Assembly: GCF_006345805.1 (NCBI RefSeq)
Contig: NC_042998.1
Span: 1,798,001 to 1,862,000, forward strand
DNA length: 64,000 nt
Direction: 5' to 3'
From: Octopus sinensis
Lineage: Eukaryota
The notes under the pieces: generated by a model
Database searches by the model: none
Seen by the model: the letters and a program-made list of their open reading frames with translations, nothing else
What the model was told of the DNA's origin: nothing
Shown: piece by piece, positions 26,305 through 41,216 of the stretch
Position numbering within the stretch: the first letter of the stretch is position 1
How the letters are laid out: every line of letters begins with the position of its first letter
Program-made: the position numbers and the translations under genes

Positions 26305-26591
26305 CAGATGTTCCCAACTACCAGGCCACAGACCTTATGAGGCTCTGGGTCATTTGGTGCCAGGCTGCTTAGAAACAAATTTGAATTCTATTTCTATTGC
26401 CTATAGCAATATACAGGGTGCTTTTGTATTATATATGTCATGTATATGTATTATATAAATAATAATTAAAATAATTAAATCATATATTGTGCATTTTATT
26501 GTATTTTGTTATGCATGTGATCCTATGGCCCATAGAAAAATTGTTTTGCATGAAATTGGTCAATGATACAAAAAAACATTAGGGACCACTG
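26305..26591. mobile_element. hAT-type MITE
   Basis: Ends CAGatGTTCCCAA / ttaGGGACCACTG with an imperfect 8-bp TSD ctgtaagg/ctacaagg. Confidence 0.55.
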
Positions 26592-27306
26592 CTACAAGGT
26601 ATTATTTCCAATGCTTTATCAATTCTGCCATTTTACAGCAATCTTTAGAATCATAAAGAGTAACACAACACTGACCAATTGCCATTTAAAAATGATAAAT
26701 TTGCACTGCATTTCAAGAACTATTTTCACAAAAACAAATTAAAATACTTTATATATCAAGCTATTTTTCTGTTTTCTTTTTTTTTTTTTCTTTTTTTTTG
26801 TATCTATGCTCATAAAATTTTTTCTGCTAAAAGTTAGCAATTAGCATAGTTGTGATATTTGTGCAAATTTGACTGTAAATTTGGACATTTGCCTATTTGC
26901 TTTTGAATTGTTGGCACATGTGTTTAATAACCTTGATCCCCTCCCTTTACTAATGTTAACCTCATATGAATGGCATTTATTTTTCGCTAGACATATCTGA
27001 GACAAACATGCAAGCGTTTGATTTTATACTTCCACTATCAGTAGTCTAGTTGTCCGTAGTCTAGATTCTTCAACTCTTTTATGAAACATGGTAGTTATTT
27101 GTTTACATATATTACACTGTAGCTGCTGGAATTATATTTAGGTTTTAAAAATTCTTCTGTCTGTCTTGTCTTATCTTTTGTTTTCTGTTTCTTAAAATAC
27201 AATCTGATTCCAAACGGAAATGAAATGATAGGCAAAAATAAAGAAATTATATTCTTGAAAATACAATCTTTGCATGGAAGTAAACTGGCCAAGTAGAGAA
27301 TTAATA

Positions 27307-27360
<54 letters not shown>

Positions 27361-27365
<5 letters not shown>

Positions 27366-30300
27366 GGAAACCACCTCTTCTTCCTCTTTTTTAGCTATAA
27401 TGAATCTAGCAAAAGAACTGGAAAAAAACATCCGAGCTATCACCCACCGCCATCCACCACTATTACCCCACTACACATGCCATTAAAAAGCAATCAAATA
27501 AACAAATCACCAAAACAATTAAAACCATCCACTCTCGCCTCAACATTTCTGCTTAATGCCCAAGGCATCAGCCCTTCCACCAATACACAAAAATGGAAGA
27601 TAAGATTCCTGGAGGACTGGGTCGAGGCCCATCCAAACCACATCCCTTTCTTCGTCCTCACTGAAAACCCATCTTAGTGACCTCCACTTGGAAGCCGAGG
27701 TGAAAGTTAAAAATTTCAAAACCATTCGTGCTGATCGTGTTGGCAGAAGAAAGGGTGGGACTGCCATTTATGTCCATGATTCATTCTCAACAGAAGCCAT
27801 GAACATATTTCGAATGGATACTGCGAAGCAGTCGCTGTATCAGTCAAACCAACAACTTAACAGTAGTTGGGCTCTACAGACCACCCCAAACGCCCCTACC
27901 ATGCTTCAAGGAATGCCTCAACAGCATAAAGTGTTTCATTCAGCAGTGTCAACCTGACAACATTTTAATGATGGGAGATTTCAACCTTCCCGGGGTTGAC
28001 TGGTCTACAAACAGTCTGCCGCCAGGTTCTTCTCTCTCAACCCCTGACAGGGAGGCAGTGGAATCGCTTCTTGACTTCATGGATGACTTCTTCTTGTCCC
28101 AACTGGTACTCGAACCAACGAGATGTCACAAAAACGTCTTAGACTTAATTTTCAGCAATCACACTGATACTATCCACAATATTGCAGTGGAGAAAACCCT
28201 ACTCTCCGACCATGACATGGTTCTCTGTGATCTGAGATTTCACTGGCCAAAATGCAAAACAAATGTCATCCCTCCTGTTCATCCATTTGACACTATGGAT
28301 TTCCACAATGCAAACTGGGAAGCGATCAATAATGATCTTGCACAAGTCGATTGGTCCTTCACGCACACATACACACCCACTAACATCAAAAAGTCCTGGC
28401 AGTCACTTGTAGACACCATCACGAACATATGTGCAAGACACACCCCATTAAGATCTGCAAACAAATCTAAGTGTCGAATCCCTAGAAATAGAAAATCTCT
28501 CATAAGGAAAATTAAAAGAATCAACAAAAAGATCAACATGCTGAAATACTGTCAACAGCAACACACCAACCTGACTGCCATCTCGTCGCTAGAGATTAAA
28601 AAACATAAACTCCAAAAACAACATGATGTCTATCATCAATAGTCAGCGAAGAGCTGAAGAGGCCTGGGCCATTGAGAAGATCAAACTCAATCCCAAAGTG
28701 TTCTTTTCATTTGCAAAAAAAACAACAGAGTCACTGGTTCTACTGTTGGCCCTCTGATTGATGAAAATGGTACTCTTCAAGACAATGCCAAAACCATGGG
28801 AGAATATTGCAGAAACAATATTGCTCTGTTTTCAGCAATCCTGATATGACTGATCTGGGCTGTATCAGTGATGTTACTCCCCAATACACTTTATCGGACA
28901 TAACATTTGGCGCTCCTGATGTCTTAGCAGCAATAAAGGAAATGAAGCATAATTCAGCAGTAGGTCCCGATAGGTTCCCTGCTTGTGTCTTGAAGATGTG
29001 TCAAAACCAACTTGCACCCCCTCTAGCCAATCTGTGGCGGAACTCATTGGATGCTGGATATATACCAGAAGACCTTCTATCCCAGTCTGTTGTCCCAGTT
29101 TTCAAAAAAGGAAACAAATCGCTTGCCGTGAATTACCGTCCAATCTCACTCACCTCTCATATCATCAAGGTATTTGAGAGGGTGCTGAGATCGCGTATGA
29201 CTCACTTCCTGAGAGTCATAATATGCTGAACCCCAACCAGCATGGATTCCGTAATGGGAGAGATTGCCTGACGCAGCTACTGCATCATTTTGATGACATT
29301 TTGAGAGCCTTGGTAGAAGGTTCCAACACTGATGTCATCTACCTTGATTTCAGCAAGGCCTTTGACAGGGTTGATCATAAGATCCTTCTGAGAAAGCTGT
29401 CCAATATTGGTGTCACTGGAAAGCTGCTGCAAGGATCAAGTGCTTCCTCTCTAACAGAACCCAACATGTTGTAGTCGAAGGAGTCAAATCCAGCCCAGCC
29501 AAAGTCAGCAGTGGTGTCCCACAAGGCACTGTGTTGGGCCCACTTCTCTTCATCATCTACATAAATGATATTACTGACACCATCAAACACAGCAACATCA
29601 GAACCTTCGCTGATGATTCCAAGCTCCAGAAGGTCATCAATGGCGTGGATGACCGAATAAACCTTCAGTCAGACCTACTGGCTGTTGTCCAATGGGCGGA
29701 GAAAAGAATAACATGTTGCTAAATGAAGACAAATTCGAACTGATCCACTTTGGAAGGGAGGACGCTCTGAAACTCCCATACTCTCTTCCTTCTGGAGAAA
29801 TTCTCATGGCATCCAACAACATCAGAGACCTGGGAGTACAGTGGACAACAACATAAGCTGGGCTACACATATAAGCAGCAAAGTTGACATGGCCCGCAGA
29901 ATGTGTTCCTGGATTCTCAGAACCTTCCAGTCGAGAGATTCCCACGCTATTATCCTTCTCTTCTCCACTTTTGCCCGACCCCACCTTGAATACTGCTGTC
30001 CACTGTGGTCTCCCTACACAAAACAAAATATTATGAGAATTGAAGCTCCCCAAAGGTCAATCACAAAAAGATAGATGGCATGTCAGACCTTGACTACTGG
30101 GGTAGACTAGAGAAGCTGAAATTGTATTCACTCCAACGACGCCGTGAACGCTACATTATCTGTATGATGTGGAAAATATTCCATCAGCACTGTCCGAATG
30201 ATGTTGGCATCACCTTCAAAATGCATCCAAGGCTGGACCACATGCCATCCGTCCACAACAAAAATCTAAATCGCATCACACATAACGACAATACGGCACA

Positions 30301-30580
30301 ACTATTCACCTCAATTGGACCCGCTCTCTTCAACATTACACCAGGACACGTCAAAAAAGAAACTGACCACACAAAATTCAAGAAGTCTTTGGACAAATTC
30401 CTTCAAACAGTACCGGACAAACCACCCACACCCGGATATGTCTCCGCAAAACAATAACTCTCTGCTCGAATGGGCCTTGGTGCCCAAATCCTGAACTGAA
30501 AGACTTCGCCAGGTGGTGCTATTAAGTTAGACATGGCCTGGGCCAATACTGGCCAAAAACCTTTCTAAGTTATTCTAGGT
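27361..30580 (+). mobile_element. CR1-clade LINE (related subfamily): end of ORF1 plus full-length but frameshifted ORF2
   Basis: Consecutive ORF pieces [48 protein letters not shown] and PDKPP. Same 3' UTR (ggtggtgctattaagttagacatggcc). Flanked by (TA)n. Confidence 0.92.
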
Positions 30581-31522
<942 letters not shown>

Positions 31523-32852
31523 CTTTGATACTTTGATACTTTGATAGGTTTCGGCCATTATTGGCCCAGGCCATGTCTAACTTAATAGCACCACCTGGTG
31601 AAGTCTTTCAAGTCAGAATTTGGGCACTATGGCCCACTCAAGTAGAGAGTTATTGTTTACAGAGACATATCCAGGTGTAGGGGGTTTATCCGGGATTCTT
31701 GAAGGAATCTGTCCAAGACTTCTTGAACCCTATAGGGTCAGTTTCTGTTTTAATGTGTTTTGGTGTAATGTTAAAGAGAGCGGGGCCAATTGAGGTGAAA
31801 TAATTGTGCCGTATTTGTTGTTATGAGATGAGAGTGCGATTTTTGTTTTGGGCGGATGGCACGGGGCCCAAGCCTTGGATGTACCTTAAAGGTGATGCCA
31901 ACATCATTTGGGCAATGCTGATGGAATATTTTCCACATCATGCAGATGATGTAGCGCTCACGACGCGTGGAGTAAGGAGAGAATAGAGTTTTAGCTTTTC
32001 TAGCCGACCCCAATAGTCGAGGCCTGTCATGCCATCTATCTTTTTTGTGATTGCCCTTTGAGGTGCTTCAACTTTTATGATACCTTTATTGTGTGGGGAG
32101 ACCACAGTGGACAACCGTATTCAAGGTGGGGTCGGGCAAAAGTGGAGAAGAGAAGGATAATGGTGTGGATATCTCTCGACTGGAAAGTTCTGAGAATCCA
32201 GGAACACATTCTGCGGGCCATGTCAACTTTGGTGTTTATATGAGTGGCCCAGCTTACGTTGTTGTCCACAATTACTCCCAAGTCTCTGATGTTGTTGGAC
32301 GCCGCGAGAGTTTCACCTGAAGGAAGGGAGTATGGGAGTTTCAGGGCATCCTCTTTTCCAAGTGGATTAGCTCAAATTTATCCTCGTTCAGCAGCATATT
32401 GTTTTTTCTGCCCATTGGATAACAGCCAGTAGATCTGACTGAAGGCATGTCCGGTCACTCGCCTCATTTATGACCTTCTGTAGCTTGGAGTCATCTGCAA
32501 AGATTTTTATGTTGCTGTGCTTGATGATGTCATTAATGTCATTAATGTAAATGATGAAAAGAAGTGGCCCAGCACAGTGCCTTGCGGAACGCCACTACTG
32601 ACTTTGGCTGGGCTTGATTTTACCCCTTCAACTACAACATGTTGAGATCTGTCTGTCAGGAAACACTCAATCCATTTCAGTAACTTTCCAGAGACACCAA
32701 TTTGGATAGTTTTTTCAATAGGATCTTGTGATCGACCCTGTCGAAGGCCTTACTGAAATCAAGGTAGATGACATCGGTGTTGGAGCCCTCTCCCAAAGCT
32801 CTCAAAATGTCCTCAAAGTGATGCAGGAGCTGCGTTAGGCAGTCCCTTCCAT
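31523..32852 (-). mobile_element. CR1-clade LINE, 5'-truncated (RT C-terminal half plus 3' UTR), inverted orientation
   Basis: Minus-strand pieces [28 protein letters not shown] and RRERYII; tail (TATCAAAG)3; embedded in TA-rich arrays. Confidence 0.9.
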
Positions 32853-32873
32853 TATATATCATTATATATATAC

Positions 32874-32945
<72 letters not shown>

Positions 32946-32985
32946 TATATGTATATACATATATATATATATATACATATATATT

Positions 32986-33018
<33 letters not shown>

Positions 33019-33030
33019 TATATGATATAC

Positions 33031-33062
<32 letters not shown>

Positions 33063-33170
33063 GTATATACATATATATATATATATACATATAATATATA
33101 TATACACATAGATATATATATATACATATATAATATATACATATATATATATACATATATATATACATAC

Positions 33171-33203
<33 letters not shown>

Positions 33204-33264
33204 CATATATATATTATATCATATATATATATTATATATACATATATATATATATACATATATA

Positions 33265-33295
<31 letters not shown>

Positions 33296-33308
33296 CATAT
33301 ATATATAC

Positions 33309-33373
<65 letters not shown>

Positions 33374-33493
33374 CATATTATATATATATATATATATTAT
33401 ATACATATAATATACATATAATATATATATACATATATATACTATATACATATATATATACATATATATATATATAACATATATATATATATG

Positions 33494-33698
33494 TATAGGG
33501 TTCAAGAAGTCTTTGGACAGATTCCTTCAAGAAATCCCGGATAAACCCCCTACACCCGGATATGTCTCTGTAAACAATAACTCTCTACTTGAGTGGGCCA
33601 TAGTGCCCAAATTCTGACTTGAAAGACTTCACCAGGTGGTGCTATTAAGTTAGACATGGCCTGGGCCAATAATGGCCGAACCTATCAAAGTATCAAAG
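33494..33698 (+). mobile_element. CR1-clade LINE 3'-end fragment, nearly identical to the 3' end of the 31523-32852 copy
   Basis: Reverse complement of 31523-31734 with few differences; tail (TATCAAAG)2; (TA)n flanks. Confidence 0.9.
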
Positions 33699-33727
33699 TA
33701 TATATATATATACACATATATATATAT

Positions 33728-33815
<88 letters not shown>

Positions 33816-33816
33816 C

Positions 33817-33855
<39 letters not shown>

Positions 33856-34712
33856 AAAAATAAAAACATTTATCTTTATTTTTCATCCCCTTCAAGAATT
33901 TATCCCTAATTAGTGGTTTGAACTTTAACTGTTCTTTCTAGCGTAAGGGATTCCTATGATGGAAGCCTGTTAATGTGTTTTAATGTACACTGTATTTTAT
34001 ATGAATAATATATAGTCTATTGACTAATTTTTTTATGCTAGGCCACTGGTAGTAAAAATTGTCTATAATTTTTATTACCCTGATATTATTTATTATGTAT
34101 ATACATGTATGCATATATATATAGAGAGAGAGAGAAAGAGAAGGGGTTGGGTTCGCATGACTATGTAATTAAGAAGTTTGATTTAAAACCACATGGTTTA
34201 CGGTTCATACCCACTACATGGACGCTATTGGCTGGTGACTTTCTACAATGCTTTGTGTGAGGAATTTGATAAATAGAAACTGGAAGATTATGCGTTTCCC
34301 CTTGTCCTGACATGAATGCACCAAGTGCAAACAATAGTCATTGCCATTCAAATGGTGTCCTTTGTTTGCAATTCTCTATGAAAGTATTATCACTCATTGA
34401 GCTGTTCATTCTTCAAAAGACCAGAGTAAATATTGGAATAGGGGACAAGAAATGCATTCGGCTATAGAAAGTTCTGGCTCAAAGTTTTGTTGAGGCAAGC
34501 GTAAATGTGGACATTAAAATGATGATGACTATATACATACACACACACACACACTTGCATTTAGCCTATGTCATCACCTATTTAAGTTGTGGAAACTACT
34601 GCTCAGATCTAAAAGTCTCCCCAAGAACTCCACACTGAGCCATCCTTATCATCAAGGAGACTTGTGACGCCTCAGCTAGATTGAAGGTGACTCAGTTAGG
34701 TCTCTAAACGCC

Positions 34713-34752
<40 letters not shown>

Positions 34753-36079
34753 GTGTAAAAGGCCATGTGCCCAACTAAAAAACAACCATTAAAAAACAAT
34801 CTTATGGAAAAATTTAAATCAAATATTTATTGGTAATATTGAATGAAGCAACTAGAGAACATCTACATGGTCACTCAACTTGCTGAAAATAGCAGCCTTA
34901 TTTCTTTCAGATGATATCCTACCATTTAAAAAAAAAAGAGATGCCAGATGATGTTGTCCTAAATATAGTATGCTTTGAAAATAGATGTCATGATCATAGC
35001 TTTAACACCTTTGATCAGAGAGGGATTTGGCTGTTATTTCTAGCAGGTTCATATAAACCATAGAAGCACCCACGCTGATTACAGCCTTTGTTTCCAACAA
35101 AAATGGTAGTTCTTGAAACATCAGCTCAACACTTTCATACTAGTACTAATTGCATTATCCCTGTAGTACTACTAATTACATCATAAATAAATAAACCTTA
35201 TCTACTACTTGCAGTGAGTTTATAAAATCTGTTTCGTAAACTTTCAGTCAAAAAATGCTCATCTTATTCGCTGCTCCAGTGAATCCTCTACATTTCTAGT
35301 TACATTTTCTTGACAATCTGCCAGAAATCAGGAAACTACCATGTTAAAAATCTATAAGCTGTTCAATGTAAACATTTCCGTAACAAATACAAAGCAGTCT
35401 CTCATTGCTTAATATTTCTCCTTTCAAACAAAACTTGCTAAAAATATATGACTTGTCACTACATGAGCCTTTAATCTTTAATCTTTAATCTTTAGTGCAC
35501 CCTAACATTAGTCTTTTAATACTTTGAAGATAATCTCAATATTTCCTTGCTGAGCCAGTTAATGACATTGTCACATTTTACTATGTTACATTTCAAAAAA
35601 TGTTACAAAAAGCCACATGTTCCCAATTCTTTTAACCCCTTAGCATTCTGATTATTCTGTCAAATGTAATACTTATTCACTCACATTGCTTTGAGCTAAC
35701 CATGCAAGATTTAGGAAAGCTCAGCTGAAGGGGGATGTAGGGGACATGTTTGAATGCAAGGACGACCACATATTTACTTAGCTTGACATGTCTTCACTGG
35801 GATCAATTTGTTCAACTAAAAAGCACCTATTATGGTGGTAACCCACCTTGGCCACCAAAACTGGAACAAGTAAAAGAATAAAGGAATAGATTAAGGGGAA
35901 CTAACATCAGTAATGTTTTGAAATTCTGTGTTTGGGTATTCTTTACAGGAACTCATTTTATGAAGACCACAAAGAAGTTAACTCAGATGGTGGGGTTTAG
36001 TCCAGTCCCTCCCAGTCTACTTTTTTTTCATTTCAAATTGCAAATAATTTTCTTTACAGTTAATATAATACTGTGTATA

Positions 36080-36295
36080 AGGTGGCTAGCTGGCAGAATC
36101 GTTAGCATGCCAGGTAAAATGCTTAGCAGCGTTTCATCCATCTTCACATTCTGAGTTCAAATTCCACTGCGGTCAACTTTGCCTGTCATCCTTTCAGGGT
36201 CAATAAGATAAGTACCAGTTAAGTACTGGAGTCAATGTAATCAACTTAGCTCTTCCCTGCAAATTGCTGGCCTTGTGCCAAAATTTGAAACCAAT
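36080..36295 (+). mobile_element. SINE family A copy (CpG-decayed)
   Basis: Same head and core as 673-885. Further copies at ~12605-13045, 38530-38965, 39383-39590, 44165-44850, 47980-48655 and 52930-53100. Confidence 0.75.
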
Positions 36296-37361
36296 ATAAG
36301 GGTAATGGGTAAAGACCCCCTTCGTTCATGAATGACAATGGGATTGCACCTACAAAGTTACCCTCTGAGGCACAAATCCAGACAAGGTTGTTTATGGAAG
36401 GCCAGCAGCCACCCATGCATATTAACCTCTCCGGTCCATGCCACCGATGTTATCCAAGGGAAAGACAAAGGGGCCGATACAGCTTGGCACCAGTGATGTT
36501 GCAACTCATTTCTACAGCTGAGTGAAATGGGGCGACGTGAAATAAAGTGTCTTACTTATGAACACAACACACAGTCTGATCCAGGAATCGAACTCACTAT
36601 CTCACGATTGTGAATCCGACACTCTAACCACTGAGCCATGCGCCTTGACCTATATACCAATACTGTGTATAATGAAAGCATTTTGAAAGAAGTTTCAAAA
36701 CTAGTTGTGGCTTCTTCTGACTTCTGCCTGAACTGAACTAATTCCAATGTATTCCAACAGTCTTTAGTGCAGGTTGTACTAAGCACAAGTATGTATATAT
36801 ATATATATACAAAGCAACAAAACAGATAGTAGGTAATACTTATAAAGAGATATATCAGTGTAAGAGACAATGTTACTGTGAAATCTATGTAAGAACGTTG
36901 ACCTTAATAAATCTCGCTTGGCACAGCCTGGCTATTGCCTACTCTCTCCTTTCTCTCTAATAGACGTTGCCTACTCTCTCCTTACTCTCTCTAATAGACG
37001 GATTGCAATTAATTACTGGAGCTGAATTTCATTTCCTCACTTTGGATTCTTATGTCATATAAATCACACCACATTTCAGCTACTCTGTCTCAGCTACTAA
37101 ATTTTTTGCTTTTATTCATAGCTAACTGGCACCATTGACTTTTATTATGTTGTATCATGGTCATAATGTTCTTCTGGTTGTCACTACTGTCTTCATGGTG
37201 TCTCTCTGCTTTTTACTTTTCCTTCCTTTTTCCTCCCCTTTTTGTCTTTCTGATTCACTGATTCTTCTACTTCACTCTCAACAGAACCTGGAACGATAAT
37301 TGCTGTTTCTTTTTTTTCTTTTTTTTAGTTTCTTTTAGACTTGTTACTATGCTCTTCGTCT

Positions 37362-38045
37362 TCTCCTACTCCTTCTACTCCCCTTTTTTCCCTACTCCTA
37401 CTACTCCCCTTTTTTTCCTACTCCTTCTACTCCCCTTTTTTTCCTACTCCTTCTACTCCCCTTTTTTTCCTACTCCTTCTACTCACCTTTTTTTCCTACT
37501 CCTTCTACTCCCCTTTTTTCCTACTCCTACTACTCCCCTTTTTTTCCTACTCCTTCTACTCCCCTTTTTTTCCTACTCCTACTACTCCCCTTTTTCCCTA
37601 CTCCTTCTACTCACCTTTTTTTCCTACTCCTTCTACTCCCCTTTTTTTCCTCCTTCTACTCCCCTTTTTTTCCTACTCCTTCTACTCCCCTTTTTTTCCT
37701 ACTCCTTCTACTCCCCTTTTTTTCCTACTCCTTCTACTCCCCTTTTTTCCTACTCCTTCTACTCCCCTTTTTTCCTACTCCTTCTACTCCCCTTTTTTCC
37801 TACTCCTTCTACTCCCCTTTTTTTCCTACTCCTTCTACTCCCCTTTTTTTCCTACTCCTTCTACTCCCCTTTTTTTCCTACTCCTACTACTCCCCTTTTT
37901 TTCCTACTCCTTCTACTCCCCTTTTTTTCCTACTCCTTCTACTCCCCTTTTTTTCCTACTCCTTCTACTCCCCTTTTTTCCTACTCCTTCTACTCCCCTT
38001 TTTTTCCTACTCCTTCTACTCCCCTTTCTTCTCCTACTCCTCCTT
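37362..38045. repeat. Pyrimidine-rich ~25-bp minisatellite
   Basis: Unit cctactccttctactcccc(t)6-7 repeated about 25 times. Confidence 0.9.
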
Positions 38046-38441
38046 TGTCTTCTTAATATTTTCTTTTTGAGTCCTTTTTTTTTCTATTCTTCTTTTTGCT
38101 TCTCCTGTTTTTATTTTTGAATCTTCTTCTTATTCCTCTTCAGTTTCTATTATTTCTTCTTTTTTCCTATTCTTCTTGATTTTCTTTTTCTTTTTCATTT
38201 TATTATTTCTCATTTTTCAGTTTAGCTTCTTCATCCACTTCTTCTTCTTCATCTTAAACTTTTTCTCATGTTAGCTTCCTCCTCCTCCTCTTCCTGCCTC
38301 CTACCCTTGCTATTTATATTATAAATATTGCTAGGTACTTATTGTAAAGGTGTTGTCTTTTCTGACATTTGACCTCCCTTTAATTATCAAATCTTTTGTA
38401 GCCTTTTGTTTTAATGAAATATATGCAATTATTTTTCTCAA

Positions 38442-38518
<77 letters not shown>

Positions 38519-39009
38519 GTGCTCTCTGTTATGGGCACAAGGCCTGAAATTTGTGGGGAAGGGGCTAGTCAATTTTATCCAGCCCAAACTTCCTAACTCC
38601 TTCCTAACTCCAACCACTTTTAGCATGCCACCAAGTTTTTTTTACGTGGCACCAGTACAAATGCTATTTACATGGCCTGGGCACAGGATTCTTGTTGGCC
38701 AATCTTCTTCACCAAGGTATGCAGCCTTAACACTTGTTTCTTTATTGCCCACAAGGAGCTAAATGTAGAGGGGACAAACAAGGACACACAAAGGGATTAA
38801 GTCGATTACATTGACCCCAGTGCGTAACTGGTACTTAATTTATCAACCCCGAAAGGATGAAAGGCAAAGTCGGCCTCAGCGGAATTTGAACTCAGAACAT
38901 AACGGCAGATGAAATATCGCTAAGCATTTCACCTGGCATGCTAACGTTTCTGGCAGCTCACTGCCTTGTACTTCTGCGGTGGAGGACAGGTCTTTTTGAG
39001 TACAGGAAA

Positions 39010-39375
39010 CATTGGCAGGAAGCCATACATCATGGAGAGAGGCTATCATGTACAGACGGTATCTTTGAGCAAAAGTGAATGGAGGATATTGCTTTGAAGC
39101 ACTCACTCCATAAGCAGGACTCAAGAACAGTGCCTGCAGAAACCCAGCAGGAATTGAAATGTGTGGATGATTTCTTCTCTCCAGAACTGAGTTTGGCAGT
39201 GATCTAAAGTTACATGAGCCAGAGAGAAACGGAGCTGCTGTGAGATGGTTCTACCACAGCATGCACCATGAAACGTTTTTACTGGAAAGAGAAATAAGTG
39301 TTGCACTTGTAAATGTTCCTACAGAATGAAAGCTGGGCTGAAAAGCCACCTGCGTGCACATGATCATGCAATGAA
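39010..39375 (+). mobile_element. Decayed RTE-like LINE C-terminus with C2H2 finger
   Basis: Reads ...NKCCTCKCSYRMKAGLKSHLRAH (C-x2-C-x12-H-x3-H, GLxSH), typical of RTE ORF ends. Confidence 0.45.
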
Positions 39376-40502
39376 GAGAAGGCAGCGTGATGGCAGAAAT
39401 GTTAGCAGACCAGGTGAAATGCTTAGCAGTGTTTCGTCTGTTTTTATGCTCTAAGTTCAAATTCCACCGAGGTCAACTTTGCCTTTCATCCTTTAGGGGT
39501 TGATAAATTAAGTGCCAGTTTCGTATTGGGGTCAATCTAATCAACTGGCCCCCTCCTCCAAAATTTCGGACCTTGTGCCTAGAGTAGAAAAATATCTTCA
39601 ATGAAGAGATGACACTCTTCTGACAAGAAGTTGCTGTCAGCACGTGTGTGTGTGTGTGTGTGAAGAGAATCCAAAGAGACTGGCAGTCGTCTGCATTGAC
39701 AAGGCTTCTATTTAAAAAGATTGACAAAAATAGTGCAGTAAAATCCTTGTGGGAAGTAGAAAATCCACTCCCCCACAGCAATTTCACTGTATTCTTTTTA
39801 TTACTTTATGTGTATATGTGTTTATTTGTGCGGTGTGTGTGAGTGAGTGTATATATATATATATTCACAGTCACACCTTTTTGTCTTTAATTAATGATTT
39901 AATAATGAGCCATAAAAGGATTATTGGATAGTCTAAAATTTGATATAAGTATAGCTATGCATCTAGTCTCATTGCAAAGTGTCTGTATTCTTTCTTTGTA
40001 TACAGAAACATTTTGGGACTGTCCTGACTAGTTTTATCACTTATCGGTGATTCATCAGAGATCGCCTACTATCATTTGTTTTTTAGTATGGCTACTTTTC
40101 CTCCCAATTAGTCATCAAAAAGAGATGAAACAAGTCAGGACAGTCTTAAAATCTTTCTGCTCTGAGATATATCAACATTTGTTTATATACTTGGTTACAT
40201 TCCACAGCATACCTACATTAAATTTCAGATTATCTTATAAGCACTGTGTTGTATATAATTAATTAAAGCTAAATAGATACCTGAATAAATATACATATAC
40301 ACATGTACATGTGTATATGCATGTATGTGTGTGTGTGGGTGGATGTGGGTGTGCAACAGTTAATAGCTTAACTCATTCTAAATCTGCATTAAGAAGGGAT
40401 TAAAGAAGCTTTTTCTTAACTTCCCACAAAAATCACAACAATCCATTCACCATCTAAATCCGGCAACAACAAATGACTATCTTCTATTTCAGAAACGGTC
40501 TG

Positions 40503-40803
40503 ATATATGATGAAGGGAACGCTGGCGAGTTATTTTTTGTAAAAAAACGTTAACAGATTTAATGTCAAATACAATTTATAGAAAAAGAAGGAGGAGAAAG
40601 AAAGAAATTAGCAGAAAACTAAGAGTGGAGAAATATAGTGCAATAGCTTTATTCCTATTCATCTATCACATTATATTTGTCCACTCTTAGTTTTCTGCTA
40701 ATTTCTTTCTTTCTCCTTCTCTTTCTATAAATTGCATTTGATGTTAAGTCTATTAACGTTTTATTTTTTTAAATAACTTGCCAACGTTTCCTTCATCATA
40801 TAT
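40503..40803. repeat. Imperfect ~140-bp-arm inverted repeat
   Basis: Left arm ..gaaagaaagaaattagcagaaaactaagagtgga.. pairs with right arm ..tccactcttagttttctgctaatttctttctttc..; loop ~16 nt. Confidence 0.85.
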
Positions 40804-40857
40804 GCAGTAATCACATTTGGTTAAAATGCCTTGTTGATGTGTTTTGTTTCTCGCTTT

Positions 40858-40944
40858 TTTACCTGATGAGAAGATCGCGTTGTTTTACATCATTTTATTC
40901 CCTCTGGAATAATACCAATGTGTTTTCGAAACATATGTCGGAAA
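40858..40944 (+). ncRNA. Type-I hammerhead ribozyme motif with long stem II
   Basis: tttac-CTGATGA-gaaga..cgcgttg..ttattcc(ctct)ggaataa..caatgtg-ttttc-GAAA-c(atat)-GTC-ggaaa. Stem I has one mismatch. Confidence 0.65.
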
Positions 40945-41144
40945 TATAAAGATTTGAATAACACCTGCATTCAACTCCATTTCTTTATTTATCTATGTTA
41001 TTCAAAAATATTTCACTAAACCCTGGAATTTCCACCTTTATAAGCAGGCTGTTACATCCATGCTACTTATGTGAATTTTTGCTATCCTAGTAACTATTTA
41101 TTTATTTTTTCCATGTTATTTGTACACATTGAAAAAATACACAG

Positions 41145-41216
41145 TTCTTGGTGGTATAATGGCAAGTATCCTTGCCTGTCATGCAGGAGGCCAGGGTTTG
41201 ATTCCCTGCAGGGGAG
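41145..41216 (+). pseudogene. tRNA-Asp(GTC)-derived pseudogene / SINE head
   Basis: 72 nt colinear with canonical TCCTCGTTAGTATAGTGG..CCTGTCACG..GGTTCGATTCCCCGACGGGGAG. Anticodon GTC is intact, but CpG-to-TpG/CpA changes disrupt the stems and the TTCG loop. Confidence 0.8.

Noticed and set aside
37341-38120. 259-aa and 235-aa hydrophobic repeat ORFs
   Set aside because: Stop-free because the minisatellite lacks G; no splice or homology support.
41145-41216. Functional tRNA-Asp gene
   Set aside because: Stem mismatches, TTTG instead of TTCG in the T-loop, and fusion to LINE-derived sequence.
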